Assembly (NCBI GenBank): GCA_963790695.1
Contig: CAWBPX010000013.1
Coordinates: 130,121 to 194,120, forward strand
Reading direction: 5' to 3'
DNA length: 64,000 bases
Source: an uncultured Actinomycetes bacterium
GTDB taxonomy: Bacteria; Actinomycetota; Thermoleophilia; Gaiellales; Gaiellaceae
Within the stretch, counting starts at the first letter, position 1. Every line of letters starts with the position of its first letter. Below, in pieces: positions 49,263-60,522 of this stretch. Below the pieces are notes generated by a model. That model saw nothing but the letters and a program-made list of their open reading frames with translations, ran no database searches and was not told where the DNA came from. Both the position numbers and the translations under genes were made by a program.

Positions 49263-50221
49263 GCACGTTTCCGGCCACACGGCTGAGGCGGCTGCGGCGC
49301 ACCGGGGCGCTCCGCTCGCTCGTTCGCGAGACGCGGATCGACCCGGCCGACTTCGTCTATCCGCTCTTCGTCGGGCCGCAGAGCCGCGCGAACGAGGAGC
49401 TGCCCGCGCTGGGGCGATTCTCGGTCGACGATCTTTCGCGCGAGGCGGAGGAGCTGCTCGGGCTCGGCCTGTCCGCGGTGATCCTGTTCGGGATCCCCGA
49501 GGAGAAGGACGACGAGGGCTCCGGCGCCTACGCGGCCGACGGGATCGTCCAGCGCGCGCTTCGGTCGCTGCGCGAGCGGTACCCCGATCTCGTGCTCGTC
49601 ACGGACGTCTGCCTCTGCGAGTACACGTCACACGGGCATTGCGGCGTGATCGCGAACGGCGAGGTCGCCAACGACGCCTCGGTCGAGCTGCTCGCGCGCA
49701 CGGCCGTCAGCCATGTCGAGGCCGGCGCCGACGTCGTGGCGCCGAGCGACATGATGGACGGGCGGGTCGGGGCGATTCGGTCTGCGCTCGACGAAGCGGG
49801 GTTCGGCGACACGGCGATCGTCTCGTACGCGGCCAAGTACGCCTCCGCGTTCTACGGGCCGTTCCGCGAGGCGGCCGAGTCGGCGCCGTCGTTCGGCGAC
49901 CGCCGCGGCTACCAGCTCGATCCCGCGAACGTGCGCGAGGCGCTCCGCGAGTGCGAGCTGGACGTGGCCGAAGGGGCCGACGCGCTGATCGTGAAGCCGG
50001 CGCTTCCGAACCTCGACGTGATCCGGGCTGCCCGGGAGCGCTTCGATCTGCCCCTGGGCGCCTACAACGTCTCCGGCGAGTACGCGATGGTGAAGGCCGC
50101 GGCCGCGCGAGGCTGGCTCGACGAGCGGCAGGCGGCGATCGAGTCGCTGACCGCGATCTCGCGCGCGGGCGCCGACTTCGTCGTCACGTACTGGGCCAAG
50201 GAGCTCGCGGCCTGGCTCTGA
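49259..50221 (+). CDS. hemB: Porphobilinogen synthase (delta-aminolevulinate dehydratase)
   Basis: Complete ORF with GTGA-overlap start. [44 protein letters not shown]. Confidence 0.95.
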   Translation: MSTFPATRLRRLRRTGALRSLVRETRIDPADFVYPLFVGPQSRANEELPALGRFSVDDLSREAEELLGLGLSAVILFGIPEEKDDEGSGAYAADGIVQRALRSLRERYPDLVLVTDVCLCEYTSHGHCGVIANGEVANDASVELLARTAVSHVEAGADVVAPSDMMDGRVGAIRSALDEAGFGDTAIVSYAAKYASAFYGPFREAAESAPSFGDRRGYQLDPANVREALRECELDVAEGADALIVKPALPNLDVIRAARERFDLPLGAYNVSGEYAMVKAAAARGWLDERQAAIESLTAISRAGADFVVTYWAKELAAWL

Positions 50222-51489
50222 AATCGAAGTCCGACCTGGCGCGGCAGGCCGAGCGCCTGATCCCGGGCGGGGTCAACTCGCCGGTGCGGGCGATGCGGGC
50301 GGTCGGGCTCGACCATCCGCTCTTCGTCCGGCGCGGAGAGGGCGCCTACCTGGAGACGGTCGAGGGCGAGCGCTACGTCGACTGGGTGATGTCCTTCGGG
50401 CCGCTCCTCTTCGGGCATGCCGACCCGGAGACCCTGGACGCGGTGCGCCGCGCGGTCGACGACGGGACGACCTACGGCGCCTCGACCGAGCGTGAGGTCG
50501 AGCTCGCGGCGGAGATCGCCGACGCGTTCCCGTCGATCGAGCAGGTGCGGCTCGTCAGCTCCGGCACCGAGGCGGGGATGACGGCGATCCGCCTCGCGCG
50601 CGGCGCCACGAGGCGCGACCGGATCCTCAAGTTCGCCGGCTGCTACCACGGCCACGCGGACGCGCTCCTCGCCGAGGCCGGCTCCGGACCGGCGACGCTG
50701 GGTCTCCCCGCGACGGCCGGCGTGACGAGCGGTGCGACCGCCGACACGGTGATCGCGCCCTACAACGACATCGAGGCGGCGGCGCGGGCCGTCGAGCGCT
50801 ACGGCGAGGGTCTTGCCTGCGTGATCGTCGAGCCCGTGGCCGGGAACATGGGCGTCGTCCCCCCGGCGCCCGGCTTCCTCGAGGCGCTCCGCGACCTCTG
50901 CGACGCGTCGGGCGCGCTGCTCGTCTTCGACGAGGTGATCACCGGCTTCCGGATCGCCCGCGGAGGGGCGCAGGAGCGGTTCGAGATCAACGCGGACCTG
51001 ACCGTGCTCGGGAAGATCGTCGGCGGCGGACTGCCGATCGGCGCGGTCGGCGGGCGCGGGGACGTCATGGAGCACCTCGCCCCGGTCGGCGACGTCTATC
51101 AGGCGGGGACGCTCTCCGGGAACCCGCTCGCGACCGCGGCCGGGCTCTCGGTGCTTCGCCGGCTTCGCGACCCGGCCGTCTACGAGGAGCTGGAGCGAAA
51201 GGCCGCGCGGGTCGAGGCCGGCCTGGCTCCTCTGGGCCGTGTCCAGCGCGTCGGCGCAATGGCGACGCTCTTCTTCCCCGGCTCCGACCCAGGGTCAGAC
51301 CCCATTAACAACTTTGCACAGGCGTCCGCCTGCGACACGTCCAGATACGCGGCGTACTTCAGGCACATGTTCGACCGGGGCATCTACGTCCCGCCGTCGC
51401 AGTTCGAGGCCATGTTCGTCTCGCTCGCCCACGGCGACGAGGAGATCGACCGGACGGTGGAGGCCGCCGCTGACTTCGCAGGAAGCTGA
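50218..51489 (+). CDS. hemL: Glutamate-1-semialdehyde 2,1-aminomutase, apparent CTG start
   Basis: Frame of ORF 49210..51489. (L)[24 protein letters not shown]...DEVITGFR...GKIVGGG. No ATG/GTG/TTG within about 25 codons upstream. CTG 50218 overlaps the hemB TGA. Confidence 0.85.
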   Translation: MKSKSDLARQAERLIPGGVNSPVRAMRAVGLDHPLFVRRGEGAYLETVEGERYVDWVMSFGPLLFGHADPETLDAVRRAVDDGTTYGASTEREVELAAEIADAFPSIEQVRLVSSGTEAGMTAIRLARGATRRDRILKFAGCYHGHADALLAEAGSGPATLGLPATAGVTSGATADTVIAPYNDIEAAARAVERYGEGLACVIVEPVAGNMGVVPPAPGFLEALRDLCDASGALLVFDEVITGFRIARGGAQERFEINADLTVLGKIVGGGLPIGAVGGRGDVMEHLAPVGDVYQAGTLSGNPLATAAGLSVLRRLRDPAVYEELERKAARVEAGLAPLGRVQRVGAMATLFFPGSDPGSDPINNFAQASACDTSRYAAYFRHMFDRGIYVPPSQFEAMFVSLAHGDEEIDRTVEAAADFAGS

Positions 51490-51985
51490 TCTCTGGCAGG
51501 AGATCGCGCTCGACGCCGAGCGCGAGGGCTCGCTCTGGAGCGATGCGCTCCGGCCGCGCGGCGCCCGCGACCGCGAGCCGGTCTTCTCGCCCCTCGCCGA
51601 CCCGCGCTTCGCGATCGCCGTCGAGACGATCTACGAGGGCTACCTCGTCCACTACGGACGGCCGCGGCTCTTCGCGCCCGGCGACGGCGACACGGTGCTC
51701 CTGCTCGGCGACTATCTGTACGCGCAGGGGCTCGTGCGGCTCTCGGCGGCCGGCTCGGTCGAGGCGGTCGCCGACATGGGAGAGCTGATCTCGCTCTGCG
51801 CCCAGCTCCGCGCCGAGCATTCGGCCGAAGACGGCCCTCCCTGGGCGGCGAGCGTTGCGCTGCTCGGCCACGGCGTGCTCAAGGAGACCGAGGATTCCGA
51901 GGAGCTTCTCGCGCGCGCACGCGAGGCGGCGGGCGAGGACGCGGTCGAGCGCTCGCTCGAGGCCCACGCCAGGCGAGTCGGTTAG
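51470..51985 (+). CDS. Hypothetical helical protein; start unresolved
   Basis: Tail of ORF 51239..51985 (LWQEIALDAEREG...IYEGYLVHYGRPRLF...LLLGDYLYAQGLVRL). The only start-like codon after the hemL coding region is CTG 51470. Confidence 0.45.
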   Translation: MTSQEADLWQEIALDAEREGSLWSDALRPRGARDREPVFSPLADPRFAIAVETIYEGYLVHYGRPRLFAPGDGDTVLLLGDYLYAQGLVRLSAAGSVEAVADMGELISLCAQLRAEHSAEDGPPWAASVALLGHGVLKETEDSEELLARAREAAGEDAVERSLEAHARRVG

Positions 51986-51995
51986 AGTCGTGTCG

Positions 51996-52154
51996 ATGCT
52001 CGGAGCCGCTCTCGTCCTGGCCGACGCCGCCACCGAAGGCAAGAAGGTCATCTTCGGGATGCTGATCACCGGTCTCGTGCTGGTGGCGCTTCCCGTCCTC
52101 GGCGAGACGTACCAGTACTTCCGGTACCACCGCCGCGGCCGCTCGGCGCACTAG
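51996..52154 (+). CDS. Small membrane protein (52 aa)
   Basis: MLGAALVLADAATEGKKVIFGMLITGLVLVALPVLGETYQYFRYHRRGRSAH. The alternative GTG is at 51990. Confidence 0.45.
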   Translation: MLGAALVLADAATEGKKVIFGMLITGLVLVALPVLGETYQYFRYHRRGRSAH

Positions 52155-52191
52155 ACGCTGCGCCTACGGGCTCTCCGTAGACTGGATCTGG

Positions 52192-53692
52192 ATGAGCTCA
52201 CCCGCCGACCTGCGTGAGTGGATCGCGCTCCTCGAGAGCGAAGGCGAGCTCGTTCGCATCCCCGCCGAGGTCGACCCGTACCTCGAGGTGACGGAGATCG
52301 TCGACCGCACGGTCAAGGCGGGCGGGCCCGCGCTGCTCTTCGAGAACCCGAAGGGCGCGAGCCAGCCGCTCCTGGTCAACCAGTTCGGCACCGAGCGGCG
52401 CATGTGCCTCGCGCTCGGCGTGGAACGGCTCGACGACGCCGCGGCGAAGCTGGGCTCGGTGCTCGAGATGCAGCCGCCCGAGGGGCTCGTCGACAAGGTG
52501 CGGGGCCTGAAGAAGCTGAAGTCGATCGCGGATTCGCGCCCGAAGACCGTTTCGCGCGCCGCGCACCACGACGTCGTCCTCGAAGGCGACGACGTCGACC
52601 TCGACCGCCTCCCCATCCAGCACTGCTGGCCCGGAGACCCGGCCCCGTTCATCACGCTCCCCGCGGTCATCACGCAGGACCCGCGCACGGGCACGCGCAA
52701 CGTCGGCATGTACCGGATGCAGAAGCTCGACCGCCGCTCGACGGCGATGCACTGGCAGCTGCACAAGGACGGGCGCATGGACTACATGGCCTCGGACGGC
52801 CGCCTCGACGTCTCCGTCGCGCTCGGCCTCGACCCCGTCGCCACGTACTCCGCGAGCGCGCCGCTCCCGAAGCACATCGACGAGTTCATGCTCGCCGGCT
52901 TCCTCAAGGGCGAGCCGGTCGAGCTCGTCAAGTGCAAGACGAACGACCTGCTCGTGCCCGCGAACGCGGAGATCGTGCTCGAGGGCTACGTGGAGCAGGG
53001 CGACGTGACGCTCGAGGGCCCGTTCGGCGACCACACGGGCTACTACTCGGCCGCGGAGCAGTTCCCGGTCTTCCACGTGACCGCGATGACGATGCGCTCC
53101 GGACGCGATCTATCCGTCGATCGTCGTCGGCAAGCCGCCGGCCGAGGACGCGTGGCTGGGCAAGGCGACCGAGCGGATCTTCCTGCCCGCGATCCGGATG
53201 AGCGTCCCGGAGATCGTCGACTACGACCTTCCCGTCGCCGGCGCGTTCCACAACTGCGTGATCGTCTCGATCCGCAAGAGCTTCCCCGGCCAGCCGCAGA
53301 AGGTGATGCACGCGATCTGGGGCCTCGGCCTGCTCAGCCTCACGAAGTCGGTCGTCGTCGTGGACGAGCACGTGGACGTCCACGACTACGAAGAGGTCTT
53401 CTTCCGCGTCACCGCGAACGTCGATCCCAAGCGCGACGTCATGCTCAGCGAGGGGCCGCTCGACCATCTCGACCATGCCCCGACGCGCCAGTTCTACGGC
53501 GGAAAGATGGGCATCGACGCGACGCACAAGGGCCCCGAGGAGGGCACCCGCGAGTGGCCCGAGGAGATCGAGATGAGCGAAGAAATCAGGGCGCTCGTCG
53601 ACCGTCGCTGGGGCGAATACGGCATCGGCGTCGACTCGGAGGAGACCAACGGCCACGGCAAGCGGCCGTTGCGTCAATTGCTACGTCGTTGA
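52192..53692 (+). pseudogene. ubiD: UbiD-family (prenyl-FMN-dependent) decarboxylase, menaquinone-associated, one frameshift
   Basis: LLFENPKG...NVGMYRMQ...GPFGDHTGYY. A shift near 53103 leads into ORF 53198 (IYPSIVVGKPPAED...), which ends at 53692. Confidence 0.85.
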
Positions 53693-54682
53693 CGGTTGAC
53701 CCCGAGGCCCGATTGAATCCTCCACGCGACGTGGATCCGCACGGCGGTCAGGGCACCCCGCACGAGCCGACGCCGACCATTTGGCCGGTCGGATTCGCGA
53801 TCGGCATCGCCTGCCTCTTCGTCGGACTGATCATCAGCACGATCGTGCTCATCGTCGGCGCGGTGCTGACCGCGATCTTCGGCTTCCTCTGGATCCGCGA
53901 CGCGACGAGCGGGCTGAGGACGGTTCCGGCACAGCCGCAGGAGGAGCCCGAGCCGGCTCCGAGCGCTCCGCCGATCCCCGCGCACAAGGGGCCGCCCGCG
54001 ATGCCCGAGCCGGGAGAGGGCGAGGTCGTCCGCTTCCCGCGCTCGAAGCTGCTCGAAGCAACGACCCTCGGGCTCGGCGGGCTGATCGGGCTCGTCGTGA
54101 CCGCGCCGGTGCTCGGCTTCACGATCCTCCCGCCGTTCATCAAGCAGGGCCACCCGGAGATCGACGTCGGCGCCGTCGACGACTTCCCGGAGAACAAGTT
54201 CGTGACGACGACCTACCTGCTCAACCCCGAGCAGGGCGAGGTCTCCCGCCGCACCGCGTACATCCGCAACAACGGCTTCCTCGGCGAACGCGCCGAGCTT
54301 CACGATCCTCTCGAACCGCTGCGTCCACCTCGGCTGCCCGGTCCAGATCAACGGGCTCCCGCTGAAGAAGTCGAGCGAGACCCGCGACGGCCTCGTCGTC
54401 GACCGGACGCCCAACGCAGCGGCGGCCGGCTTCGGCTGTCCGTGCCACGGCGGCCAGTACGACACCGAGGGCAACCGCACCGCGGGGCCGCCGGTCCGGG
54501 CGCTCGACCGCTACGAGTTCCGGATCGACGACGGCCGCCTGATCCTCGGCAAGACCTTCTCGGTCTCCGAGGTGGACGGAACCGGAGCGGACGCGCAGAT
54601 CCACAAGTACCCGCAAGCCGGGCCCGGTCAGCACGTTGACGGGATCGAGGCCTGGCTCTACCCGCTCCAGCCTCCCCGCTGA
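53689..54682 (+). pseudogene. qcrA: Rieske 2Fe-2S subunit of menaquinol:cytochrome c reductase, with extra N-terminal two-TM module, one frameshift
   Basis: TTG 53689 (alternative GTG 53731). PTIWPVGFAIGIACLFVGLII...AIFGFLWIRDA. After a shift near 54290: CVHLGCP and CPCHGGQYD. The TGA overlaps the qcrB ATG. Confidence 0.8.
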
Positions 54683-55472
54683 TGGCGAAGAAGCCGCCAG
54701 GACGCAAAGACGAGCTCCTCAAGATGCTGCTGTACCCGCTCGACTGGCTCGAGGAGCGCTCGGGCCTGGTCGGCGGGGTCACGCTACTTCCTCTTCCGCA
54801 AGGTCCCGGGCGACATCAGCTGGGGCCACACGCTCGGCTCCGCGTCGCTGACCGCGTTCATCGTCCAGGCGGTCACGGGCGTGATCCTGGCCATGTACTA
54901 CCAGCCGCACCCGGACACGGCGTACGAGTCGATCCGGCACATCACGGACGATCTGTGGGCCGGCTGGCTCGTTCGCGGGCATGCATCGCTGGGGCGCCAG
55001 CGTCTTCATCATCCTCATGTTCCTGCACATGGGGCGCGTGTTCCTGTACGGCGCCTACAAGTTCCCGCGCGAGCTGAACTGGATCATCGGCGCCCTGATC
55101 CTGGTGATGGGGATGATGGAGGGCTTCTTCGGCTACCTGCTGCCGTGGGACCAGACCGCGTACTGGGCGACGATCGTCGGCGTGAACCTGCAGGCGACGG
55201 GCCCGTTCGTCGGGCCGTTCCTCGGCCCGGTCCTGCAAGGCGGGGTGGAGATCGGGCCTGACACGCTGGCGCGGTTCTACTCGCTGCACATGCTCGTGTT
55301 ACCGGGCGCGATAGCCGGGCTCATCGGGCTCCACCTGTACCTCGTCGTACGCCTCGGCGTCGTGTCCCCGCCGTGGTCGCCCGAAGCCGCCGGGAACGAG
55401 CGTCCCGGGCCTCCGCCCGCGCCGCGCTCCGGGCTCGTCGCGCCCTCGCCGAGAGGATCGCGCCGCCGATGA
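54682..55472 (+). pseudogene. qcrB: Cytochrome b6-type subunit (QcrB), two frameshifts
   Basis: ORF 54682, then 54881 (ILAMYYQPHPDTAYESI), then 54981 (MHRWGASVFIILMFLHMGRVF...YSLHMLVLPG). Shifts near 54780 and 54985. Ends in an ATGA overlap. Confidence 0.85.
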
Positions 55473-56335
55473 ATCGCAGGCTCCAGGAGAGGCGCGCCCA
55501 GCACACGCGCTACAAGCAGGACGTCGCCCGCCGCGGGAAGCCGTTCTACCCGTACGCGATGTTCCACGACACGGTCATGAGCCTGCTCGTGGTGTGCGTG
55601 ATCGTCGCGCTCGCGTGCATCTGGAAGCTCACGACGCCCCACGAGGATCCGAGCTCCTCGGGCTGGCTGGGCAAGCTCTACGACGAGAAGGCCGACCCCG
55701 GCACGACGAACTTCGTTCCGCGGCCGGACTGGTACTTCTACTTCCTCTTCTACCTGCTTCGGATCTTCAAGTGGCCGAACTCGGTCCTCCTGGGGACCGT
55801 GATCGTGCCGACGATCGCGCTGCTGCTCCTGCTGGCGCTCCCGTTCATCGACGTCGGCAAGGAGCGGCGGCCTTTGCGCCGGCCGGTGGCGATGGTCGCC
55901 GCGATCCTCACCATCATCACGATGGGCGTGCTCACGTACAAAGGCGCGACCGCGGAGGAGTCGCTGGCGAGCGAGAACGTCGCCGCCGTTCCGTCGTGGG
56001 CGGTGAAGCAAGGCTTCGCGGACAACCCGCAGGCCGTGAGAGGAGCAAGGGTCTTCGCGCAGGCGGGCTGCATGACCTGCCACACGTATCTGAACGCGGG
56101 CTCCTCGAATCTCGGCGCCCCGGATATGTCGGATGCCGGCAAGTCGTTCAACCGCGGCGTCGACGGCTTCGCCGAGTACATCGCCGACCCGTCCAAGTTC
56201 GGCAACAACGTGATGCCGAAGTTCGGCGGGCCCTCCGGGCTCGGCGACGAGAACCTGCACGCCCTCGGCGTGTTCCTCCAGTCCTCCGGCACGTGTAAGC
56301 CGAAGACGGACACGTGCCCGGCCGCGGGCGGGTAG
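55469..56335 (+). CDS. qcrC: Subunit IV-like cytochrome b C-terminal domain fused to a mono-heme cytochrome c (QcrC, Bacillus type)
   Basis: ATG 55469 in ORF 55373..56335. PRPDWYFYFLFYLLR plus the heme-c motif CMTCH. Intact. Confidence 0.85.
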   Translation: MNRRLQERRAQHTRYKQDVARRGKPFYPYAMFHDTVMSLLVVCVIVALACIWKLTTPHEDPSSSGWLGKLYDEKADPGTTNFVPRPDWYFYFLFYLLRIFKWPNSVLLGTVIVPTIALLLLLALPFIDVGKERRPLRRPVAMVAAILTIITMGVLTYKGATAEESLASENVAAVPSWAVKQGFADNPQAVRGARVFAQAGCMTCHTYLNAGSSNLGAPDMSDAGKSFNRGVDGFAEYIADPSKFGNNVMPKFGGPSGLGDENLHALGVFLQSSGTCKPKTDTCPAAGG

Positions 56336-56337
56336 GC

Positions 56338-56928
56338 ATGCGCTTCTTCCTGGGGATCACCGGCGCCTCCGGAGCGCCGTATGCCTCGCGTCTCCTCGAT
56401 TCGCTGGCCGCGGCCGACTGCGAGGTCGGGCTGTGCGCGTCGCCGGCCGGGATCCAGGTGCTCGCGACCGAGCTGTACGGCGATCCGCGGCTCCCCCGTG
56501 ACGAGGTGCTGGCCCGGTTCACCGAGCGCGGCGGCGACGCGGTGACGGTGTTCGACCCGCACGACTACTCGGCCCCCTACGCGAGCGGCTCGGCTCCGGT
56601 GGACGGCTACGTCGTCTGTCCGTGCTCGATGGCGACCGCTGGGACGATCGCGACCGGGGGCGAGGCGAACCTGATCCACCGCGCCGCGGGCGTGGCGTTG
56701 AAGGAGGAGCGCAAGCTCGTGCTCGTTCCGCGCGAGACGCCGCTGTCGACGATCCACCTCGAGAACCTGCTCACGCTCCGGCGGGCGGGCGCGACGATCC
56801 TCTTCGCGGCCCCGGGCTTCTACCACGGAGCCGAGAGCCTCGACGACCTCGTCGACTTCATCGCGGCGCGGGCGCTCTCGCAGCTCGGGGTCGACCAGAC
56901 CCTGGTCAAGCCGTGGGGCGACGAGTGA
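56338..56928 (+). CDS. ubiX: Flavin prenyltransferase UbiX
   Basis: ATG 56338 in ORF 56314. MRFFLGITGASGAPY...VCPCSMATAG...LVLVPRETPL. Confidence 0.9.
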   Translation: MRFFLGITGASGAPYASRLLDSLAAADCEVGLCASPAGIQVLATELYGDPRLPRDEVLARFTERGGDAVTVFDPHDYSAPYASGSAPVDGYVVCPCSMATAGTIATGGEANLIHRAAGVALKEERKLVLVPRETPLSTIHLENLLTLRRAGATILFAAPGFYHGAESLDDLVDFIAARALSQLGVDQTLVKPWGDE

Positions 56929-57608
56929 GCTCGCAGACCGGCACGCTGCCGCCCGAGGGCGTGCGCTCGATGTTCGACCGGATCGCGCCCGTGTACGACG
57001 CGATGAACCGGCTGATGACAGCTGGGCTCGATCAGCGCTGGCGGCGTGCCACGGTGGACGCGGTCGTGCGGCCCGGCGACCGGGTGCTGGACGCGTGCTG
57101 CGGCACCGGCGACCTCGCCGTTGCAGCGGCCGCCGCGGGCGGCAAGGTGACGGGCGTCGACTTCTCGCGGCCGATGCTCGACCGCGCGCGACGGAAGGCG
57201 CCGGAGATCGAGTGGATCGAGGGAGATGCTCTGGCGCTTCCGTTCGAGGACGGAGCGTTCGACGCCGCGACCGTCGGCTTCGGGGTCCGCAACCTGGCCG
57301 ACCTCGAGGGGGGACTGCGAGAGCTTCGCCGCGTCCTACACCCGGGGGGCCGGCTCGCCATCCTCGAGATCACGCGCCCGCAGGGCCTCCTGGCGCCGTT
57401 CTACCGACTCTGGTTCGACGGAGTGATCCCGGTCGCCGGGAAGGTGCTCCCGGGAGGCTCGGCCTACACGTATCTGCCCGCGAGCGTGCGCCGGTTCCCG
57501 GAACCGCAGGGGCTGGCAAAGCTGATGGACGAAGCGGGCTTCGACGACATCCGCTGGCGCCTCTTCGGCGGCGGGATCGTCGCGCTGCACACGGGAGCGG
57601 CCAGGTGA
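56925..57608 (+). CDS. ubiE: Demethylmenaquinone / ubiquinone C-methyltransferase (MenG/UbiE)
   Basis: GTGA-overlap start. MFDRIAPVYDAMNRLMTAGLDQRWRR and VLDACCGTGD. Confidence 0.9.
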   Translation: MSSQTGTLPPEGVRSMFDRIAPVYDAMNRLMTAGLDQRWRRATVDAVVRPGDRVLDACCGTGDLAVAAAAAGGKVTGVDFSRPMLDRARRKAPEIEWIEGDALALPFEDGAFDAATVGFGVRNLADLEGGLRELRRVLHPGGRLAILEITRPQGLLAPFYRLWFDGVIPVAGKVLPGGSAYTYLPASVRRFPEPQGLAKLMDEAGFDDIRWRLFGGGIVALHTGAAR

Positions 57609-58514
57609 GCGCGATCGCAACCGTCCGGGCGGCACCGGGTCTCGACGCGTACCTGCGCCAGCTCGAGGAAAGCCTCGCCGGGGCCGTCGCGGCGCGGCAG
57701 GGCCTCGTCTCCGAGATCGGGGCGGAAGCGCTCGCCTCGGGCGGCAAGCGTCTTCGGCCCCTCCTCGTCTTCCTGACCGCGGACCCGCAGGAGGATCCGC
57801 TTCCCGCGGGAGTGGCGATCGAGCTCGTCCACATGGCGAGCCTCGTCCACGACGACCTGATCGACGGCGCCGAGCTGCGACGAGGCCGCGCCTCCGTCTG
57901 GTCCGCGTACGGCCCCGAAGCGGCGCGGGCCGGAGGCGTCTACCTCTTCGCGCGGGCCTTCGCCGAGCTGGCGGCGACCCGGGACGGCCGTGCCGTCTCG
58001 ATCCTGGCCGATGCGGCCGACGCGCTCGTCCGCGGTGAGGTCATGGAGCGCGGCCAGCGCCGTCGCCCCGAGACCACGGTCGACGAGTACCTCACGCGCT
58101 GCACCCTCAAGACCGCGAAGCTCTTCGAGGCCGCCTGCCTGATCTCGAGCGGTCGAGCCGCAGCTCGGCGAGTTCGGGCTGGCGCTGGGAATCGCCTTCC
58201 AGATCGTGGACGACTGCCTCGACTGCGCCGGACAGACGGTCGAGACAGGCAAGATCGCAGGCACGGACTTGCGCGAGGGAATCCCAACTCTGCCTCTCCT
58301 GCTCGCGGCGCGGGAGGACCCGGTCGTGCGCGCAGCGCTGGCCGGCGGCCCGCTCGACGGCGCGCTGCTCCGCGTCGCCGGATCGGGCGCGGTCGAAGAG
58401 GCGAGGCAGGTCGCGCGCGCGTACGTCGAGCGAGCCCGCGCGTGCCTGGAAGGGCTCGAGACGCGCGAAGAGCTCGACGCGATCGCCGACGCCGTGGTCG
58501 AGAGGACCGCGTGA
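57605..58514 (+). pseudogene. Polyprenyl diphosphate synthase, one frameshift
   Basis: GTGA-overlap start. First Asp-rich motif LVHDDLID. After a shift near 58150, QIVDDCLD (ORF 58206, which ends at 58514). Confidence 0.85.
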
Positions 58515-59626
58515 TGGCCGTCCTCGACCGCACCGCGACGCTCGACCCGATTCGCGACAAGGTGGAGGCGGGCGAGCGGCTCGACCTCGAAGACGGGCTG
58601 ACGCTGATGGAGTCCGACGACATCCTCGCGCTCGGCGAGCTCGCGGATCTCGCGCGGCGCCGGCGCGGCGGAGGCGACGAGGTCTACTTCGTCCAGAACC
58701 TGTATCTGAACCAGACGAACGTCTGCCGCGTGAAGTGCAAGTTCTGCGCCTTCGCGGTGACCCAGAAGCAGGACGGCGCGTACACGTACACGGGGGAGCA
58801 GCTCGTCGAGGACGCGCTAAAGCAGCGCGAGCTGTCCGGCTTCACGGAGATCCACATGGTCGGCGGCGAGAGCCCGCACGTCGACTTCGACTACTACGTC
58901 CAGATCGTCCGGCAGCTGCACGAGGCGATGCCGGACGTGCACCTGAAGCTCTTCACCGCGAGCGAGATCCACCACATGTCGAAGCTCGGCGGCCTGACGC
59001 ACGAGGAAGTGCTGCGTGAGCTGCGCGACGCGGGGCTCGGGTCGCTGCCGGGCGGCGGGGCCGAGGTGTTCGCGGATCGCGTGCGGCGCCTCGTCGCGCC
59101 CGGGAAGGAGCATCCGGACAACTGGTTCGACGTGCACCGGACGGCGCACCGGCTGGGGATCCCGACGCACTGCACGATGCTCTACGGGCACGTCGAGACG
59201 TACGCCGAGCGCGTCGACCACCTGCTTCGGCTGCGGGAGCTGCAGGACGAGACCGGCGGCTTCCTCGCGTTCATCCCGCTCGCGTTCCACCCGGAGAACA
59301 CGGTCTTCGAGCAGCGCGGCTGGAAGCACACGGCCGCCTCGGACGACCTGAAGCTGATCGCGGTCTCGCGGCTGCTCCTCGACAACATCCCGAACGTGAA
59401 GGCGTACTGGATCATGATGGGCCTGCCGCTGACGCAAATTGCCCTGCATTTCGGGGCAAACGACGTGCAGGGGACGGTCGTGCGGGAGGAGATCTTCCAC
59501 GCCGCGGGCGCGGTGACGGAGCGGGAGCAGAAGATCGACGAGCTCGTCCGCATCGTGCGCGAGGCGGGCCGGATCCCGGTGCAGCGCGACACGCTCTACA
59601 ACGAGCTCAGGCGGTGGGACGATTGA
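58514..59626 (+). CDS. mqnE: Aminofutalosine synthase MqnE (radical SAM)
   Basis: TGATG overlap. NQTNVCRVKCKFCAF cluster motif and YFVQNLYLN context typical of MqnE. Intact. Confidence 0.8.
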   Translation: MAVLDRTATLDPIRDKVEAGERLDLEDGLTLMESDDILALGELADLARRRRGGGDEVYFVQNLYLNQTNVCRVKCKFCAFAVTQKQDGAYTYTGEQLVEDALKQRELSGFTEIHMVGGESPHVDFDYYVQIVRQLHEAMPDVHLKLFTASEIHHMSKLGGLTHEEVLRELRDAGLGSLPGGGAEVFADRVRRLVAPGKEHPDNWFDVHRTAHRLGIPTHCTMLYGHVETYAERVDHLLRLRELQDETGGFLAFIPLAFHPENTVFEQRGWKHTAASDDLKLIAVSRLLLDNIPNVKAYWIMMGLPLTQIALHFGANDVQGTVVREEIFHAAGAVTEREQKIDELVRIVREAGRIPVQRDTLYNELRRWDD

Positions 59627-59756
59627 CACGGTTCCGGCGCGTTCGGTCACTGACACGCGCGTGGTCGCGCCGTAGCCTCAGCGGCAGGGGCGCGGTCAGT
59701 GGGGTCCCCGGTTCACGCGGGCGCGCGTGTACATCCAGAGGGTCGGAGCCGGCGCG

Positions 59757-60522
59757 GTGATCCGCCTCGGCCGCATCTCCTACGTGAACATGGCGCCGGT
59801 CTTCCACCGACTGGACGCCGAGGTGCACGAAGTCCAGGGCGTCCCCGTCGAGCTGGCGAAGAAGCTCCTCGCCGGCGAGGTCGACGTCGCGCCGATCCCG
59901 TCCATCGAGTGGGCCCGCAACGCGGATCGCCTGCGCCTCCTCCCGCGCCTGTGCGTCTCCTCCGAGGGCGCGGTCGACTCGATCCAGCTCGTCTCGCCGA
60001 AGCCGATCGACCAGATCCGGACGATCGGGATCACGCCCGAGAGCGCGACGTCGGTCGTGCTCACCCGCATCCTGTTTCCGCACGCGAGCCACGTGCCCGC
60101 TCGACGAGACGGCGGACGCGAAGCTCCTGATCGGCGACGCCGCTCTGCGGAGCGCGTTCGAGAATCCGACCCCGCACCACGACCTCGGCCGCATCTGGAC
60201 CGAGCGCACCGGCCTCCCGATGGTCTTCGCCGTCTGGGCGTGCGCCGACCCCGCGCCCGAAGGCATCGAGGAGCTCGAGGACGCGCTCGTCGCGTCCATC
60301 CGCAAGGCGCGCTCGGAGCCCGAGGTGCTCGCCCACGAGGCGATGGACCGCTACGGCTACCCGGCAGGCTTCCTCGCGCGCTACTTCGAGAAGCTCCGCT
60401 ACCGGTTCGGCCCGCGGGAGCGCGCCGCCCTCTTCACGTTCCTCGAGCTCGCGCGCGACGTCGGCGAGCTCGACCGCGTCCCGAACCTCCGCTTCGTCTA
60501 CGGCGAAGCGGTGCCGGCATGA
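59757..60522 (+). pseudogene. mqnA: Chorismate dehydratase MqnA, one frameshift
   Basis: GTG 59757 with GGAG 8 nt upstream (alternative 59727). IRLGRISYVNMAPVF. A shift near 60090 leads into ORF 60220, which ends at 60522. Confidence 0.8.
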
